Positions 1 to 8,557 of a stretch of 51,471 bases of DNA are shown here, piece by piece. The translations under genes were made by a program, and so were the position numbers. The stretch is from Chloroflexota bacterium (GTDB lineage: Bacteria; Chloroflexota; Dehalococcoidia; Lucifugimonadales; UBA2985): contig JBDRIA010000040.1 in the NCBI GenBank assembly GCA_043816345.1, positions 1 through 51,471 of the forward strand. The letters run 5' to 3'. Numbering within the stretch: position 1 is the first letter of the stretch; each line of letters starts with the position of its first letter. The notes under the pieces were generated by a model. The model saw only the letters and a program-made list of their open reading frames with translations, was not told the DNA's origin and made no database searches.

Positions 1-306
1 CCGACTCCGCGCTCTTCGAGGTTCCAATAGCGTCTGAGGATTTCGCGGGGGTTTCTGCCGAATCTGTCGAGGAACTGGACCACTATGACATCTGCGCCAC
101 CACTCTCAACAAAGTCGATCAGCCTTTGATACTCTTTGCGATCGTCACGTCTGACCGGTGGCGATGCTTGCCAGGTCATTATGTTTGCAGTAGTCTACAA
201 AATGGGTTTCCCGAGTTTCCAACGAGTTGTGCCGTTTGCCAGCTTGGCCCGGAGTGAAGACTTGGAAATATCCAACAGTCCGTTTGGTGCCAACTTGTGT
301 GGCCAT
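1..306 (-). pseudogene. Serine recombinase/integrase N-terminal catalytic domain, frameshifted and running off the window edge
   Basis: ATG at 306 gives MATQVGTKRTVGYFQVFTPGQAG..., a degenerate Y-x-R-V-S-T motif. After a frameshift near 154 another frame reads RDDRKEYQRLIDFVESGGADVIVVQFLDRFGRNPREILRRYWNLEERGV, with the resolvase DRxxR motif. Confidence 0.8.
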
Positions 307-356
307 ATCTGCCCTTTGCACAGGGTAGGTGATGATGACAGTAGTATTGTCTGCGC

Positions 357-399
357 CGGGACGTGGAGGTCGCTGGTTCAAGTCCAGTCGCCCCGACCA
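357..399 (+). tRNA. 3' half of tRNA-Pro(CGG), from anticodon to CCA; probable att-site remnant
   Basis: cgggacgtggaggtcgctggttcaagtccagtcgccccgacca contains a T-arm (GGTTCAAGTCC), the acceptor 3' strand and CCA. There is no D-arm upstream. Confidence 0.85.
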
Positions 400-467
400 G
401 CATAGACGCTGCTTCATTAGCCGAATCAGAAAATCTCTCCGTCTTCCGCATAGAGAAGAGTGTTCCC

Positions 468-1181
468 ATGATAGGAAAGCACCCCGGCCTCGGTGAGGAA
501 TACCAGGACTGGGAGTATCCAGACCCGGAAGAGGTAGAGGAGCTGGCGAATCTCCCCCTCGATGAAGAACCTCCATCATCTGGAGGACTGCGCATCCCGA
601 TCCTTCTGAAGATTGTCGGTGTCCTTATGCTCCTGGCCTTCGTCGGCTCCCTTTTGTTGCCCGTCTTAGGGTCCCCGGCTGGCAGCGGAGACCAGGCCGT
701 AGCCCCATCCCACAACACTGCCCAGGAGTTCCAGGCCTATCAGCAGTGGATCGAGAGCAGCGTGAGCGCGGCCTTGAGGGAGTGGGGCGCGGTGGGTCAG
801 GCACGGTTTCTCGGAGTCCAGTTCAGCGACTCCATTCAGGACCCCGTCGTCGGTATCCTGGCAGAAGGACTCAATCCCCGAAACGGCCCTGATAGGGCCA
901 CTTTACAGAGCTACAGCATTGCCGTTCTCCAGCGTCTCTTCGCCGATGAGCGCGCCCAGAGCGTGACCCTGGCCTGGCTTGGGCCTGGTGCTGACAGCGG
1001 AAACGATCAGTCTCTTCGGGAGGTTATTCTGATGGTCGGTATGTTGAGGAATACGGCCCAGGGCATCGATTTGGCACATCTAAGAGCCGAGGACCTCCGA
1101 AAAGTAGCCGATTACTACCAGGAGACGCCGCCGGCAGTTGAAGAGTCGCTCAAGAAAATGAGGCTATTAGATAGACTCTAG
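468..1181 (+). CDS. Hypothetical single-pass membrane protein
   Basis: Long ORF with an acidic N-terminus and one hydrophobic segment (ILLKIVGVLMLLAFVGSLLLPVLG). ATG 468 chosen because upstream starts overlap the tRNA half. Confidence 0.7.
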   Translation: MIGKHPGLGEEYQDWEYPDPEEVEELANLPLDEEPPSSGGLRIPILLKIVGVLMLLAFVGSLLLPVLGSPAGSGDQAVAPSHNTAQEFQAYQQWIESSVSAALREWGAVGQARFLGVQFSDSIQDPVVGILAEGLNPRNGPDRATLQSYSIAVLQRLFADERAQSVTLAWLGPGADSGNDQSLREVILMVGMLRNTAQGIDLAHLRAEDLRKVADYYQETPPAVEESLKKMRLLDRL

Positions 1182-1194
1182 GGATACGCTTACT

Positions 1195-1223
1195 TTGGGA
1201 CGTGCAAGAAGGGGGCGTATAAT
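1195..1223 (+). promoter_or_regulatory. Sigma70-type promoter in front of the tRNA 5' half
   Basis: TTGGGA-N17-TATAAT, ending 8 nt before the tRNA-like sequence. Confidence 0.65.
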
Positions 1224-1231
1224 AGGGCAGT

Positions 1232-1267
1232 CGGGGCGTAGCGCAGTTGGTTGCGCGCCATGTTCGG
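1232..1267 (+). tRNA. 5' half of tRNA-Pro(CGG); truncated/pseudo
   Basis: cggggcgtagcgcagttggttgcgcgccatgttcgg gives the acceptor 5' strand, D-arm, anticodon stem 5' side and CGG. It pairs with the half at 357-399. No T-arm follows. Confidence 0.8.
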
Positions 1268-1314
1268 CACGTCGAAGCCTGGAGAAAGAGCACAGAACAA
1301 GCAAGGAGGACTCA

Positions 1315-1860
1315 GTGATACGGAGCTTGGGAGACAAGACGCCAAAGATTCATCCCACGGCCTTTGTCAGTGAGGCAGCCTACGTTGTAGGAGATGTGGA
1401 GATAGGGGAAGGCTCCAGCATCTGGCCCGGCGCCGTCATCCGAGCCAACGAGCACAAGATAAAGATAGGCAGGTTTGTCAACATTCAGGACAACTGCGTG
1501 ATTCACTCAGACGCCGATTGCAACTATGGCGACTATATTACAATAGGCCACCACGTGATTTGTCATGCCACCACCGTGGAAGAGCACTGCCTCATTGGGA
1601 ACGGGGCCACAGTCAATGGCCACACCACCATTCGCCATCACTCCGTGGTTGCTTCCGGATCGGTTGTCCGGGAGCGGATGGAGGTTCCCCCCTACTCCCT
1701 TGCCACGGGATCGCCTGCGGAGGTACGCCGTCAGATCACGGAGCGACATCTCCAGATGCTGGGCAAATATACAAAGGAATACCAACGCTACAGCCAGGAG
1801 TTCAAGAAGGCGGGGCTCGAAGACCCGGATCGGGAGAAATTCACCGATCCCAACGTGTAG
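1315..1860 (+). CDS. Gamma-carbonic anhydrase-like (YrdA/CaiE/PaaY) hexapeptide-repeat protein
   Basis: Motifs PKIHPTAFV...GDVEIG..SSIWPGAVIR..NIQDNCVIH..IGH...H; GTG start after an AGGAGG RBS. Confidence 0.9.
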   Translation: MIRSLGDKTPKIHPTAFVSEAAYVVGDVEIGEGSSIWPGAVIRANEHKIKIGRFVNIQDNCVIHSDADCNYGDYITIGHHVICHATTVEEHCLIGNGATVNGHTTIRHHSVVASGSVVRERMEVPPYSLATGSPAEVRRQITERHLQMLGKYTKEYQRYSQEFKKAGLEDPDREKFTDPNV

Positions 1861-1936
1861 GCAGGGCATAGCCCTGCACTTACAAGTATTTACGGCTCAC
1901 TACCCACACAACTCAACCTGTAGTAGAGCAGGTATC

Positions 1937-2551
1937 CTAGCCATGTCCCTGACGGGCAGGCAGGGGCTCTACAGAAGATGGCGGTTTCTGGGCCACCAGT
2001 CGCTCCGCTGCGACCAGTTGTCCGTCCTCATCTTCTAGCACTTCCGAGAAGTACCGCACGCGGAAGTCCAGGAACAGGTGCAGTAGCTCGTTGGGGCGCA
2101 GACGGAACTGGAGGTCCCTGGGACCGTTCACATCGTGGTCAGTCCGGTAGTGTTGCTCATGGAGCACGAAGCCCCCGGGCTTCAGGGCGTCTTTGACTCT
2201 GGGAATCAGGTTACGATTCATGTAGAAACTGATGGTAATCAGATCGTAGGTTTCGACGGGCAGGGGGTATTCATCCAGGTCCGCTAGAATAGGGTGAACG
2301 GCCAGCCCACGCTCCCGGGCGGCGTCCTGAGCCAGCTTCAAGGCTGCCGGAGCGATGTCCATCGCGTCCACGGTGAACCCCAACTCTGCCAGATGGAAGG
2401 CGTTACGACCGTTCCCACAGGCCAGGTCTAAGGCGCGTCCCTTGGGTAGACGCCACGCCCACGCAGCTACCAGGGCCGTCGGCTCGCTTCGAGCATGGTA
2501 GTCGCCCTCCGTCCACCGACGCGCCCACTCCCTACGCTCTGCCTCACTCAT
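1937..2551 (-). CDS. Class I SAM-dependent methyltransferase (TehB-like)
   Basis: GRALDLACGNGRNAFHLA motif I and LKPGG. The ORF extension to 2767 runs through a palindromic repeat, so ATG 2551 is preferred. Confidence 0.85.
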   Translation of the reverse strand: MSEAERREWARRWTEGDYHARSEPTALVAAWAWRLPKGRALDLACGNGRNAFHLAELGFTVDAMDIAPAALKLAQDAARERGLAVHPILADLDEYPLPVETYDLITISFYMNRNLIPRVKDALKPGGFVLHEQHYRTDHDVNGPRDLQFRLRPNELLHLFLDFRVRYFSEVLEDEDGQLVAAERLVAQKPPSSVEPLPARQGHG

Positions 2552-2608
2552 TGATTCCTGCTCCTTGCCCCCTGACACTGGTGTGGTGTCCCCAAAGTGT
2601 GCCGAGAA

Positions 2609-2709
2609 TGTCATTGCGAGGCCCGACGAAGGAGGGCCGTGGCAATCTGGCTGCGAGGTGCACCCCTCCTCCAGATTGCTTCGTCGGCAGTCGCCTCCTC
2701 GCAACGACA
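2609..2709. repeat. Palindromic REP-like element (TGTCATTGCGAGG...CCTCGCAA(T/C)GACA family)
   Basis: Terminal inverted repeat with an inner GCAATCTGG/CCAGATTGC stem. Related to 36663-36775 in the opposite orientation. Confidence 0.8.
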
Positions 2710-2836
2710 ATCTAGCGGGTATTACAAGGACATCATACAGGCAGTAGTGCGTACAAGCCATCTCCATACTAATGGGCTACCTGGCAACTGGCAAGGTATG
2801 CTGTTAGAATGAACTTGCAGCAGAGGAGGTGTTCCC

Positions 2837-3889
2837 ATGAAGCAGATCGACCTGCGCAGCGACACCGTGACTCATCCTACCCCGGCCATGCGTCAGGCCA
2901 TGGCTACTGCCGAGTTGGGCGACGATGGCTGGGGCGATGACCCCACGGTGAACCGTTTGCAGGAGGTAGTAGCCGATATACTAGGTAAGGAAGCTGCGGT
3001 CTTTGTCCCCAGTGGCACCATGGCCAATCTGGCCTCCTTGCTGATCCACTGTCAGCGGGGAGACGAGATCATCGTGGGGGACCAGTCTCACGTCTACCTC
3101 TATGAGTATGGCAGCGCCTCCGCTCTGGGGGGAGTGGTCTATCGTCAGCTACCCAATGCCGAGGACGGTACTCTGGACCCGGAGATGGTGGAGGCGGCCA
3201 TTCGCCCTTCCTCTCCCAGGTTTCCTCGCACCGCCGTGGTGTGCCTGGAGAATACCCACAATCGCTGTAGTGGCGCCGTCCTCACCCCCGAGTACATCGA
3301 CATCATCGCTCAAATAGCTCACCGATGGAACGCGGCGCTGCACCTGGATGGCGCCCGCCTGTTCAACGCCGCGGTGTGCCTGGGAATATCGCCCCGGGAG
3401 CTGGTACGCTCCGTGGACTCGGTGATGTTCTGTTTCTCCAAAGGGTTGTGCTGTCCCGTGGGCTCCATCATCTCTGGCAGCAAGGAGTTCATTCAAGGGG
3501 CCCGTCGCGCTCGCAACACCCTGGGAGGAGGCATGCGTCAGGTAGGCGTTCTGGCGGCGGCGGCCCTGGTGGCCCTGGAAGAGATGGTGGACCGCCTGGC
3601 GGAGGATCACCATAACGCTCGACGGCTTGCAGAGGGACTGAGCCGTATTCCAGGTATCATCCTGGACCCGGCCCAGATTCAGACCAACATTGTTATCTTC
3701 CAGTTGGCCGACGGAGACGCCCCCAGCTTCCTGCGACAGATAGAGGAGAGAGGAGTGCGAGGCCACCATCCCTATGGGCCCAAGGTGCGGATGGTGACTC
3801 ACTACGGCATAGATGAAACAGACATCGACACTGCCCTTGAGGTTGTGGAGTCGGTAATGAAGGAGCGGCTGAGCGTCCCCCGACCTTGA
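2837..3889 (+). CDS. ltaE: Low-specificity L-threonine aldolase
   Basis: IDLRSDTVT, PSGTMAN, ENTHN, HLDGAR and FCFSKGL (PLP lysine). Confidence 0.93.
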   Translation: MKQIDLRSDTVTHPTPAMRQAMATAELGDDGWGDDPTVNRLQEVVADILGKEAAVFVPSGTMANLASLLIHCQRGDEIIVGDQSHVYLYEYGSASALGGVVYRQLPNAEDGTLDPEMVEAAIRPSSPRFPRTAVVCLENTHNRCSGAVLTPEYIDIIAQIAHRWNAALHLDGARLFNAAVCLGISPRELVRSVDSVMFCFSKGLCCPVGSIISGSKEFIQGARRARNTLGGGMRQVGVLAAAALVALEEMVDRLAEDHHNARRLAEGLSRIPGIILDPAQIQTNIVIFQLADGDAPSFLRQIEERGVRGHHPYGPKVRMVTHYGIDETDIDTALEVVESVMKERLSVPRP

Positions 3890-4016
3890 TGCTGCCCAGT
3901 GCCGAGGGCATGATTCGTTGGTGTTTGTCCCCCCCATGCACTGGCAGGTTGATGAACATGAAACGGTGGGGTTACTAAGGTAGCTCCGTTAGCAGATAAG
4001 CCAGATAAGAAGGAGG

Positions 4017-4988
4017 ATGGGTATGAAGGCTGCTCAGCTCACACAGGTCGGTGGTCCAGAGGTTCTCAAGTACACGGATGTCCCAGACCCGATCCCGGGA
4101 GCTGGCCAAGCACTGATAGACGTAAAGGCCATTGGCGTAAATTACACGGATGTATACTTCCGCTCTGGCCCGAATCTTCCAGCCCCCCCTGCCATCCCTG
4201 GAGTGGAGGCTGCCGGCGTAGTTACTCAAGTTGGGGAAGGTGTCTCGGAGGTGGTGGAGGGAGACCTGGTAGCGTACACGGGTGCTCGTGCATCGTATGC
4301 GGAGAAGGTAGTCGCACCTTCCTGGCGTTTGGTGAAGCTGCCAGAGGGTCTGGATGCTGAGGCGGGCGCGGCCGCGATGCTCCAGGGTATGACCGCTCAC
4401 TACCTCTGCTATTCCACCTATCCCCTGAAGCCTGGAGACACCTGCCTTGTCCACGCGGCTGCTGGAGGTGTCGGACTTCTATTGACCCAGATGGCAAAGT
4501 CCCTTGGTGCCCAGGTAATCGCAACGGTCTCTACCGAAGAGAAGGCGAAGCTCGCCTCTGAGGCCGGGGCTGACCACGTGATTATCTACACGGTGGAGGA
4601 CTTCGAGGAGGAGGTCAAAAGGATCACCGGTGGAGACGGCATCCAGGTGGTCTACGATGCCGTGGGTCTTACCACCTTCGATAAGAGCGTAGCCTGCCTT
4701 GCCTCCCGTGGCTACATGGTCTTGTACGGTCAGGCCAGCGGTCCCGTTCCGCCGATTGCCTCTTCCATCCTCAGTGGCAGATCGCTCTTCCTAACCCGGC
4801 CCAACCTGGGGTCTTACACGGCCACGCGGGAGGAGCTGCTTCAACGGGCGGGTGATGTCTTAGGGTGGGTCCAGTCCCGCAAGCTCAACCTCCGCATCCA
4901 CAGCAAGTTTCCATTGAGGGATGCGGTGGAGGCACACCGGCAGCTCGAAGGGCGCCTGACTACAGGTAAGTTGCTCCTGATCCCCTAG
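4017..4988 (+). CDS. qor: NADPH:quinone oxidoreductase (MDR/zeta-crystallin family)
   Basis: GGPEVL, AIGVN, HAAAGGVG, YGQASG and TTGKLLL motifs. Confidence 0.9.
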   Translation: MGMKAAQLTQVGGPEVLKYTDVPDPIPGAGQALIDVKAIGVNYTDVYFRSGPNLPAPPAIPGVEAAGVVTQVGEGVSEVVEGDLVAYTGARASYAEKVVAPSWRLVKLPEGLDAEAGAAAMLQGMTAHYLCYSTYPLKPGDTCLVHAAAGGVGLLLTQMAKSLGAQVIATVSTEEKAKLASEAGADHVIIYTVEDFEEEVKRITGGDGIQVVYDAVGLTTFDKSVACLASRGYMVLYGQASGPVPPIASSILSGRSLFLTRPNLGSYTATREELLQRAGDVLGWVQSRKLNLRIHSKFPLRDAVEAHRQLEGRLTTGKLLLIP

Positions 4989-5017
4989 ATTCTGCGGTTC
5001 GGCTATAGTATCTCTAA

Positions 5018-5163
5018 GAGGGTGTTTTCAAAGGGATGCGCTACATTGCGAACGGTCTACCCCCTCTCTGACTCTCCCCCGTGCGACGGGGGAGAGAAAT
5101 CCCTTCCCCCGCTCGCGGGGGAAGGTTAGGATGGGGGCCTTCCGCGGCTTGGGAAACACCCTC
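5018..5163. mobile_element. 146-bp MITE, copy 1 (IS5-like ends)
   Basis: Terminal inverted repeats GAGGGTGTTT...AAACACCCTC, flanked by TAA/TTA. Near-identical to 38181-38326. Confidence 0.85.
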
Positions 5164-5386
5164 TTACAGCGGTATTCTCTTGTTGAAGTCACGAGTCAAA
5201 TCACATCGCGGCATGCCCGTCTGGAGAAGAGTGCCATCGTCGGGGGGCAACAGCCTTAGGGCTTGAACAAAACCAGACCAGCGCGACCAGGGAGTGCTGC
5301 AAAGTTCTCGGCACCTATGCAATAGGTCACAGCCTGCCACGGCACATGGAAGAAACCTTGCCGCAAAACAGAGGGTGTAGCGGTTT

Positions 5387-5677
5387 CTATCTACCGATAT
5401 CGGTGCTGTTGCTTTCCCCAGGGTATTGCTGCCGAAGTCGCTGCTTCAACTCCTCAGGAGCATTCTCAGGAGGGAGAGAGTTAAGGGCCCGGATAGTAGC
5501 TCGCAGGCTGGAGACAAAAGAGTTACAGCCCTTGCACCGCTCAGCGTGATAGTTGAACTCCCACAGCTTTTGGGGTTCCAGAGTGCCCTCCAGGTACTCT
5601 GACGACATCTGCTGGAACTTCTGGCACGACAGATCTCTGTCCCCGGAGGGGAATATGCCCCAGAGCTTATCCGCCAT
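5387..5677 (-). CDS. Soluble zinc-binding (zf-HC2/ZAS) anti-sigma factor
   Basis: SC...YLEG.L...HAERCKGC (HxxxCxxC); no transmembrane segment. Confidence 0.85.
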   Translation of the reverse strand: MADKLWGIFPSGDRDLSCQKFQQMSSEYLEGTLEPQKLWEFNYHAERCKGCNSFVSSLRATIRALNSLPPENAPEELKQRLRQQYPGESNSTDIGR

Positions 5678-5860
5678 GCTGCCTACTTTACGTCCTCAAC
5701 GCGGAATTCCAAGGGAGACACCATGCCTTAACTAATATAAGAACGAAACCCCGTCTGGTCAAGCGTTTTTCCTGGATTCGGAATCCTGTATAATTCGATG
5801 CAGGCCGCGGCCAGGGGGTGCAGGGTCTGTGCCAGCGTATCCAAAGGGGCTTCACTCAGC

Positions 5861-6382
5861 ATGAATCAAGATGACTTCCAGTCTATCGTTGAGCAACACA
5901 CAGATTTCGTTTACAACGTGGTCTACCGAATGATGAACAACGCCCAGGATGCCGAGGACATCACCCAGGAGACCTTCCTCTCGGCGTATCGCAGCTGGGC
6001 CTCTTTCCGGGGTGGATCATCGGTCAGCACATGGCTTTACCGGATCGCCGTTAACGCCTGCCTGATGCGGCTACGAAAGGAAAAACGGGCTCGGGCCTCA
6101 ACCGCAACAGGCTACAATGATGTGAATGTGATAGATTCGACCGTTGATCCCTCTCCTTCTGGTAACCCTGAGGGGATTGCCATTAACTCCGAGCTGCGTG
6201 AGGAGATGGGCAAGGCCATTGCATCACTGCCCCCGGACCTTAGGGCTGCTGTGATCTTGCGCGATATCCAGGAGCTATCCAATGCCGAGGCGTCCGAGGT
6301 CCTGGGCGTTACCATATCTTCCTTCAAGACTCGGGTCCATCGAGGGAGAGTTCTCCTTCGCAAGCAACTGAAGACTACGTGA
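5861..6382 (+). CDS. ECF RNA polymerase sigma factor
   Basis: Region 2 (DAEDITQETFL..F.G.SS..TWLYRIAVN) and region 4 (LPPDLRAAVILRD..ELS..E..EVLG...KTRVHRGR). Confidence 0.92.
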   Translation: MNQDDFQSIVEQHTDFVYNVVYRMMNNAQDAEDITQETFLSAYRSWASFRGGSSVSTWLYRIAVNACLMRLRKEKRARASTATGYNDVNVIDSTVDPSPSGNPEGIAINSELREEMGKAIASLPPDLRAAVILRDIQELSNAEASEVLGVTISSFKTRVHRGRVLLRKQLKTT

Positions 6383-6534
6383 AGACTCCTCAATAGGGCA
6401 GAGTCAAGCCGTGGTGTTCTCAAGCAGCCAGAAGATGCTTGGGGCCACCACGAATGGAAGAAAGAGTGAGCGCCCCTTAAGGTGAAGGCGCGCTCTTAGC
6501 GCACATATCAAGCCTGGGAAGATGAGATTGCCTA

Positions 6535-6635
6535 GAAGCTGTTTCAAAAGCCTTCCAGGGCTTTTGAAACAAAGCTACCCCACCCCACAGGTGGCGGGGT
6601 GGCCCCATTTCAAAACTCCGTTTTGAAATGGCCTC
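6535..6635. mobile_element. Short MITE-like element
   Basis: Imperfect terminal inverted repeats GAAGCTGTTTCAAAA...TTTTGAAATGGCCTC between TA dinucleotides, with internal hairpins. Confidence 0.55.
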
Positions 6636-7321
6636 TAGATGGTGAAGGCATCCACCAGTTGTTGAACGCTTTTCGGCTTTGCATTTTCGATGACCCTGCT
6701 CAGTCGTTGCTCCAGAGGTTCAGGGTCTTCCCGCCGGTAGATAATGTCCAGAGGGATTCCCCCCTTCTGAAGCAGATGGAAAAAACAAAAGAGACCTCTC
6801 CTCCGCCCACGTCCTCCCCTTAGGATATCGTTTCCGCTCGTGAGCAGGAAGACCCACCCTAGCACTACTGGAGAGCATATCCCTCAAGGTGGCCCCTGCA
6901 GGTCTGTCTCCCTATCCACCTGCCTCTACTATGTCACTCACTTCTGGCCGATGTCAATAACGTTTCATGATGGTTTATATCGTGGAAAGTTTCGCAAATC
7001 GTTGCAGCAAACAAGGTCTGCAATGATTCGCATTGACAATGCCAGGACGCCAATGATATATTGGCAGTTATTCATTTGCAGTAAAGGGCAAGGGTTAGGT
7101 CGAGTGGAAAATGGCGGGAAGATGCCCTCTAAGGGGGAGATTCTTCTCATCATCTTGAGAACTATTAAGGATAGCAGTTTTGAAGGCCCGCACTTCGTAG
7201 ACCCGACTCAGGCCCAGGAATCAGCGGCTGTGATTTCTAAAGGGGGTGAGGAGAGGAGGTGCATGGAATGGATAACCTGGTGGTCTTGAAAATTTTGGAC
7301 GAAATTGCCTAGGGGGGCGCA

Positions 7322-8458
7322 ATGACAACAGCGTTAGAGCTCAAAAGGGGACTCAGGGGCATCTACCTCGATAAGACCCTGTCTAGTTTCGTCGACGGCG
7401 ATACAGGGAAGCTGCTTTACCGGGGCTACTCTATCGACGACCTGGCGGAGAACTCCACCTGCGAGGAGACCGCCTATCTGCTCTTCCATGGAAAGCTACC
7501 CACACAGAAGGAGCTAGATGACTTCGATGCCCATCTTCGTGCCAATCGCTCCATCCCCCAAGAGGTGATTAGGATCATCGAGTTGACCCAGAAGGCTCAC
7601 CCCATGGACGTGTTGCGCACTGCTGTCTCAGCCCTGGCCGCCTACGAGGCCGATGCAGGAGATGTATCCCAGGAGAGTACCCTGCGCAAGGGCATCCGAC
7701 TGACCGCCCAGGCTCCAACCATCGTCACTGCCCATGCCCGCATAAGGGAGGGGAAACAGCCCATAGAGCCCAATCCCAAGCTGAGTCACGCCGCAAACTT
7801 CCTGTACATGCTCAGTGGCCAGGAGCCATCTGAAGAGGAGGCCAAGCTCCTCGACAGGGATTTTGTGCTCCACGCCGAGCACGGGATCAACGCTTCCGCC
7901 CTCGCTGCCCGTGTGGCGGCCAGCACCATTGCCGACCTGCACTGCGCCGTAGTGGCGGGCATCGCCACACTGAAAGGTCCGGCGCACGGAGGAGCTGCAT
8001 GGGCTACCTACACGATGGCCATGGAAATCGGGACAGAGGATAGGGTGGAGGAGTACATCCAAGGGGCCCTGGAAAGGAATGAGCGAATCATGGGCTTCGG
8101 CCACCGAGTATACAAGGTCGCGGATCCCAGAGCTCGCCATCTCCGAGAGGGTTGCATGGCGCTGGGAGCAAGCAGGGGCCAGCCTCAATGGTTCCGCATC
8201 CTTAGCAAGGTAGAAGAGCTGATGAAGCCCCAAGCCTCGCGAGGGATCGCTGTTAACGTGGATTTCTGGGCAGGGGCCATTTACCACCTCCTGGAGGTTC
8301 CTGACGACCTGTTCGTCTCCATCTTCGCCATGGGACGCATCCCGGGCTGGACGGTGCAGGTCATGGAGCAGTTCTCGGACAACATTCTGCTGCGTCCCAT
8401 GCTCCTGTACGAGGGCCCAATGGACCTGGAGTACATGCCCATCGGGCAACGCGAGTAA
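7322..8458 (+). CDS. gltA: Citrate synthase (short type; citrate or 2-methylcitrate synthase)
   Basis: GKLLYRGY, HAEHGINAS, GPAHGGA, IMGFGHRVYKVADPR and NVDF. Confidence 0.92.
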   Translation: MTTALELKRGLRGIYLDKTLSSFVDGDTGKLLYRGYSIDDLAENSTCEETAYLLFHGKLPTQKELDDFDAHLRANRSIPQEVIRIIELTQKAHPMDVLRTAVSALAAYEADAGDVSQESTLRKGIRLTAQAPTIVTAHARIREGKQPIEPNPKLSHAANFLYMLSGQEPSEEEAKLLDRDFVLHAEHGINASALAARVAASTIADLHCAVVAGIATLKGPAHGGAAWATYTMAMEIGTEDRVEEYIQGALERNERIMGFGHRVYKVADPRARHLREGCMALGASRGQPQWFRILSKVEELMKPQASRGIAVNVDFWAGAIYHLLEVPDDLFVSIFAMGRIPGWTVQVMEQFSDNILLRPMLLYEGPMDLEYMPIGQRE

Positions 8459-8492
8459 CTCTGGACTCCGTAGCCATTGATCAACCGATAAG

Positions 8493-8521
8493 GGGACGTT
8501 CTTCCCGAGAAGCGTCCCTTT
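8493..8521 (+). terminator. Probable intrinsic terminator after citrate synthase
   Basis: GGGACG-TTCT...AGAA-G-CGTCCC stem followed by TTT. Confidence 0.5.
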
Positions 8522-8557
8522 GTGTCACGGGGGCTTGGTTTGAGTAGAGGAGATGGT

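Noticed and set aside
2552-2767. N-terminal extension of the methyltransferase ORF
   Set aside because: It is translated palindromic repeat sequence; an RBS supports the ATG at 2551.
6635-7289. Short ORFs between the ECF sigma and citrate synthase
   Set aside because: No recognisable motifs or convincing RBS; probably intergenic or decayed sequence.
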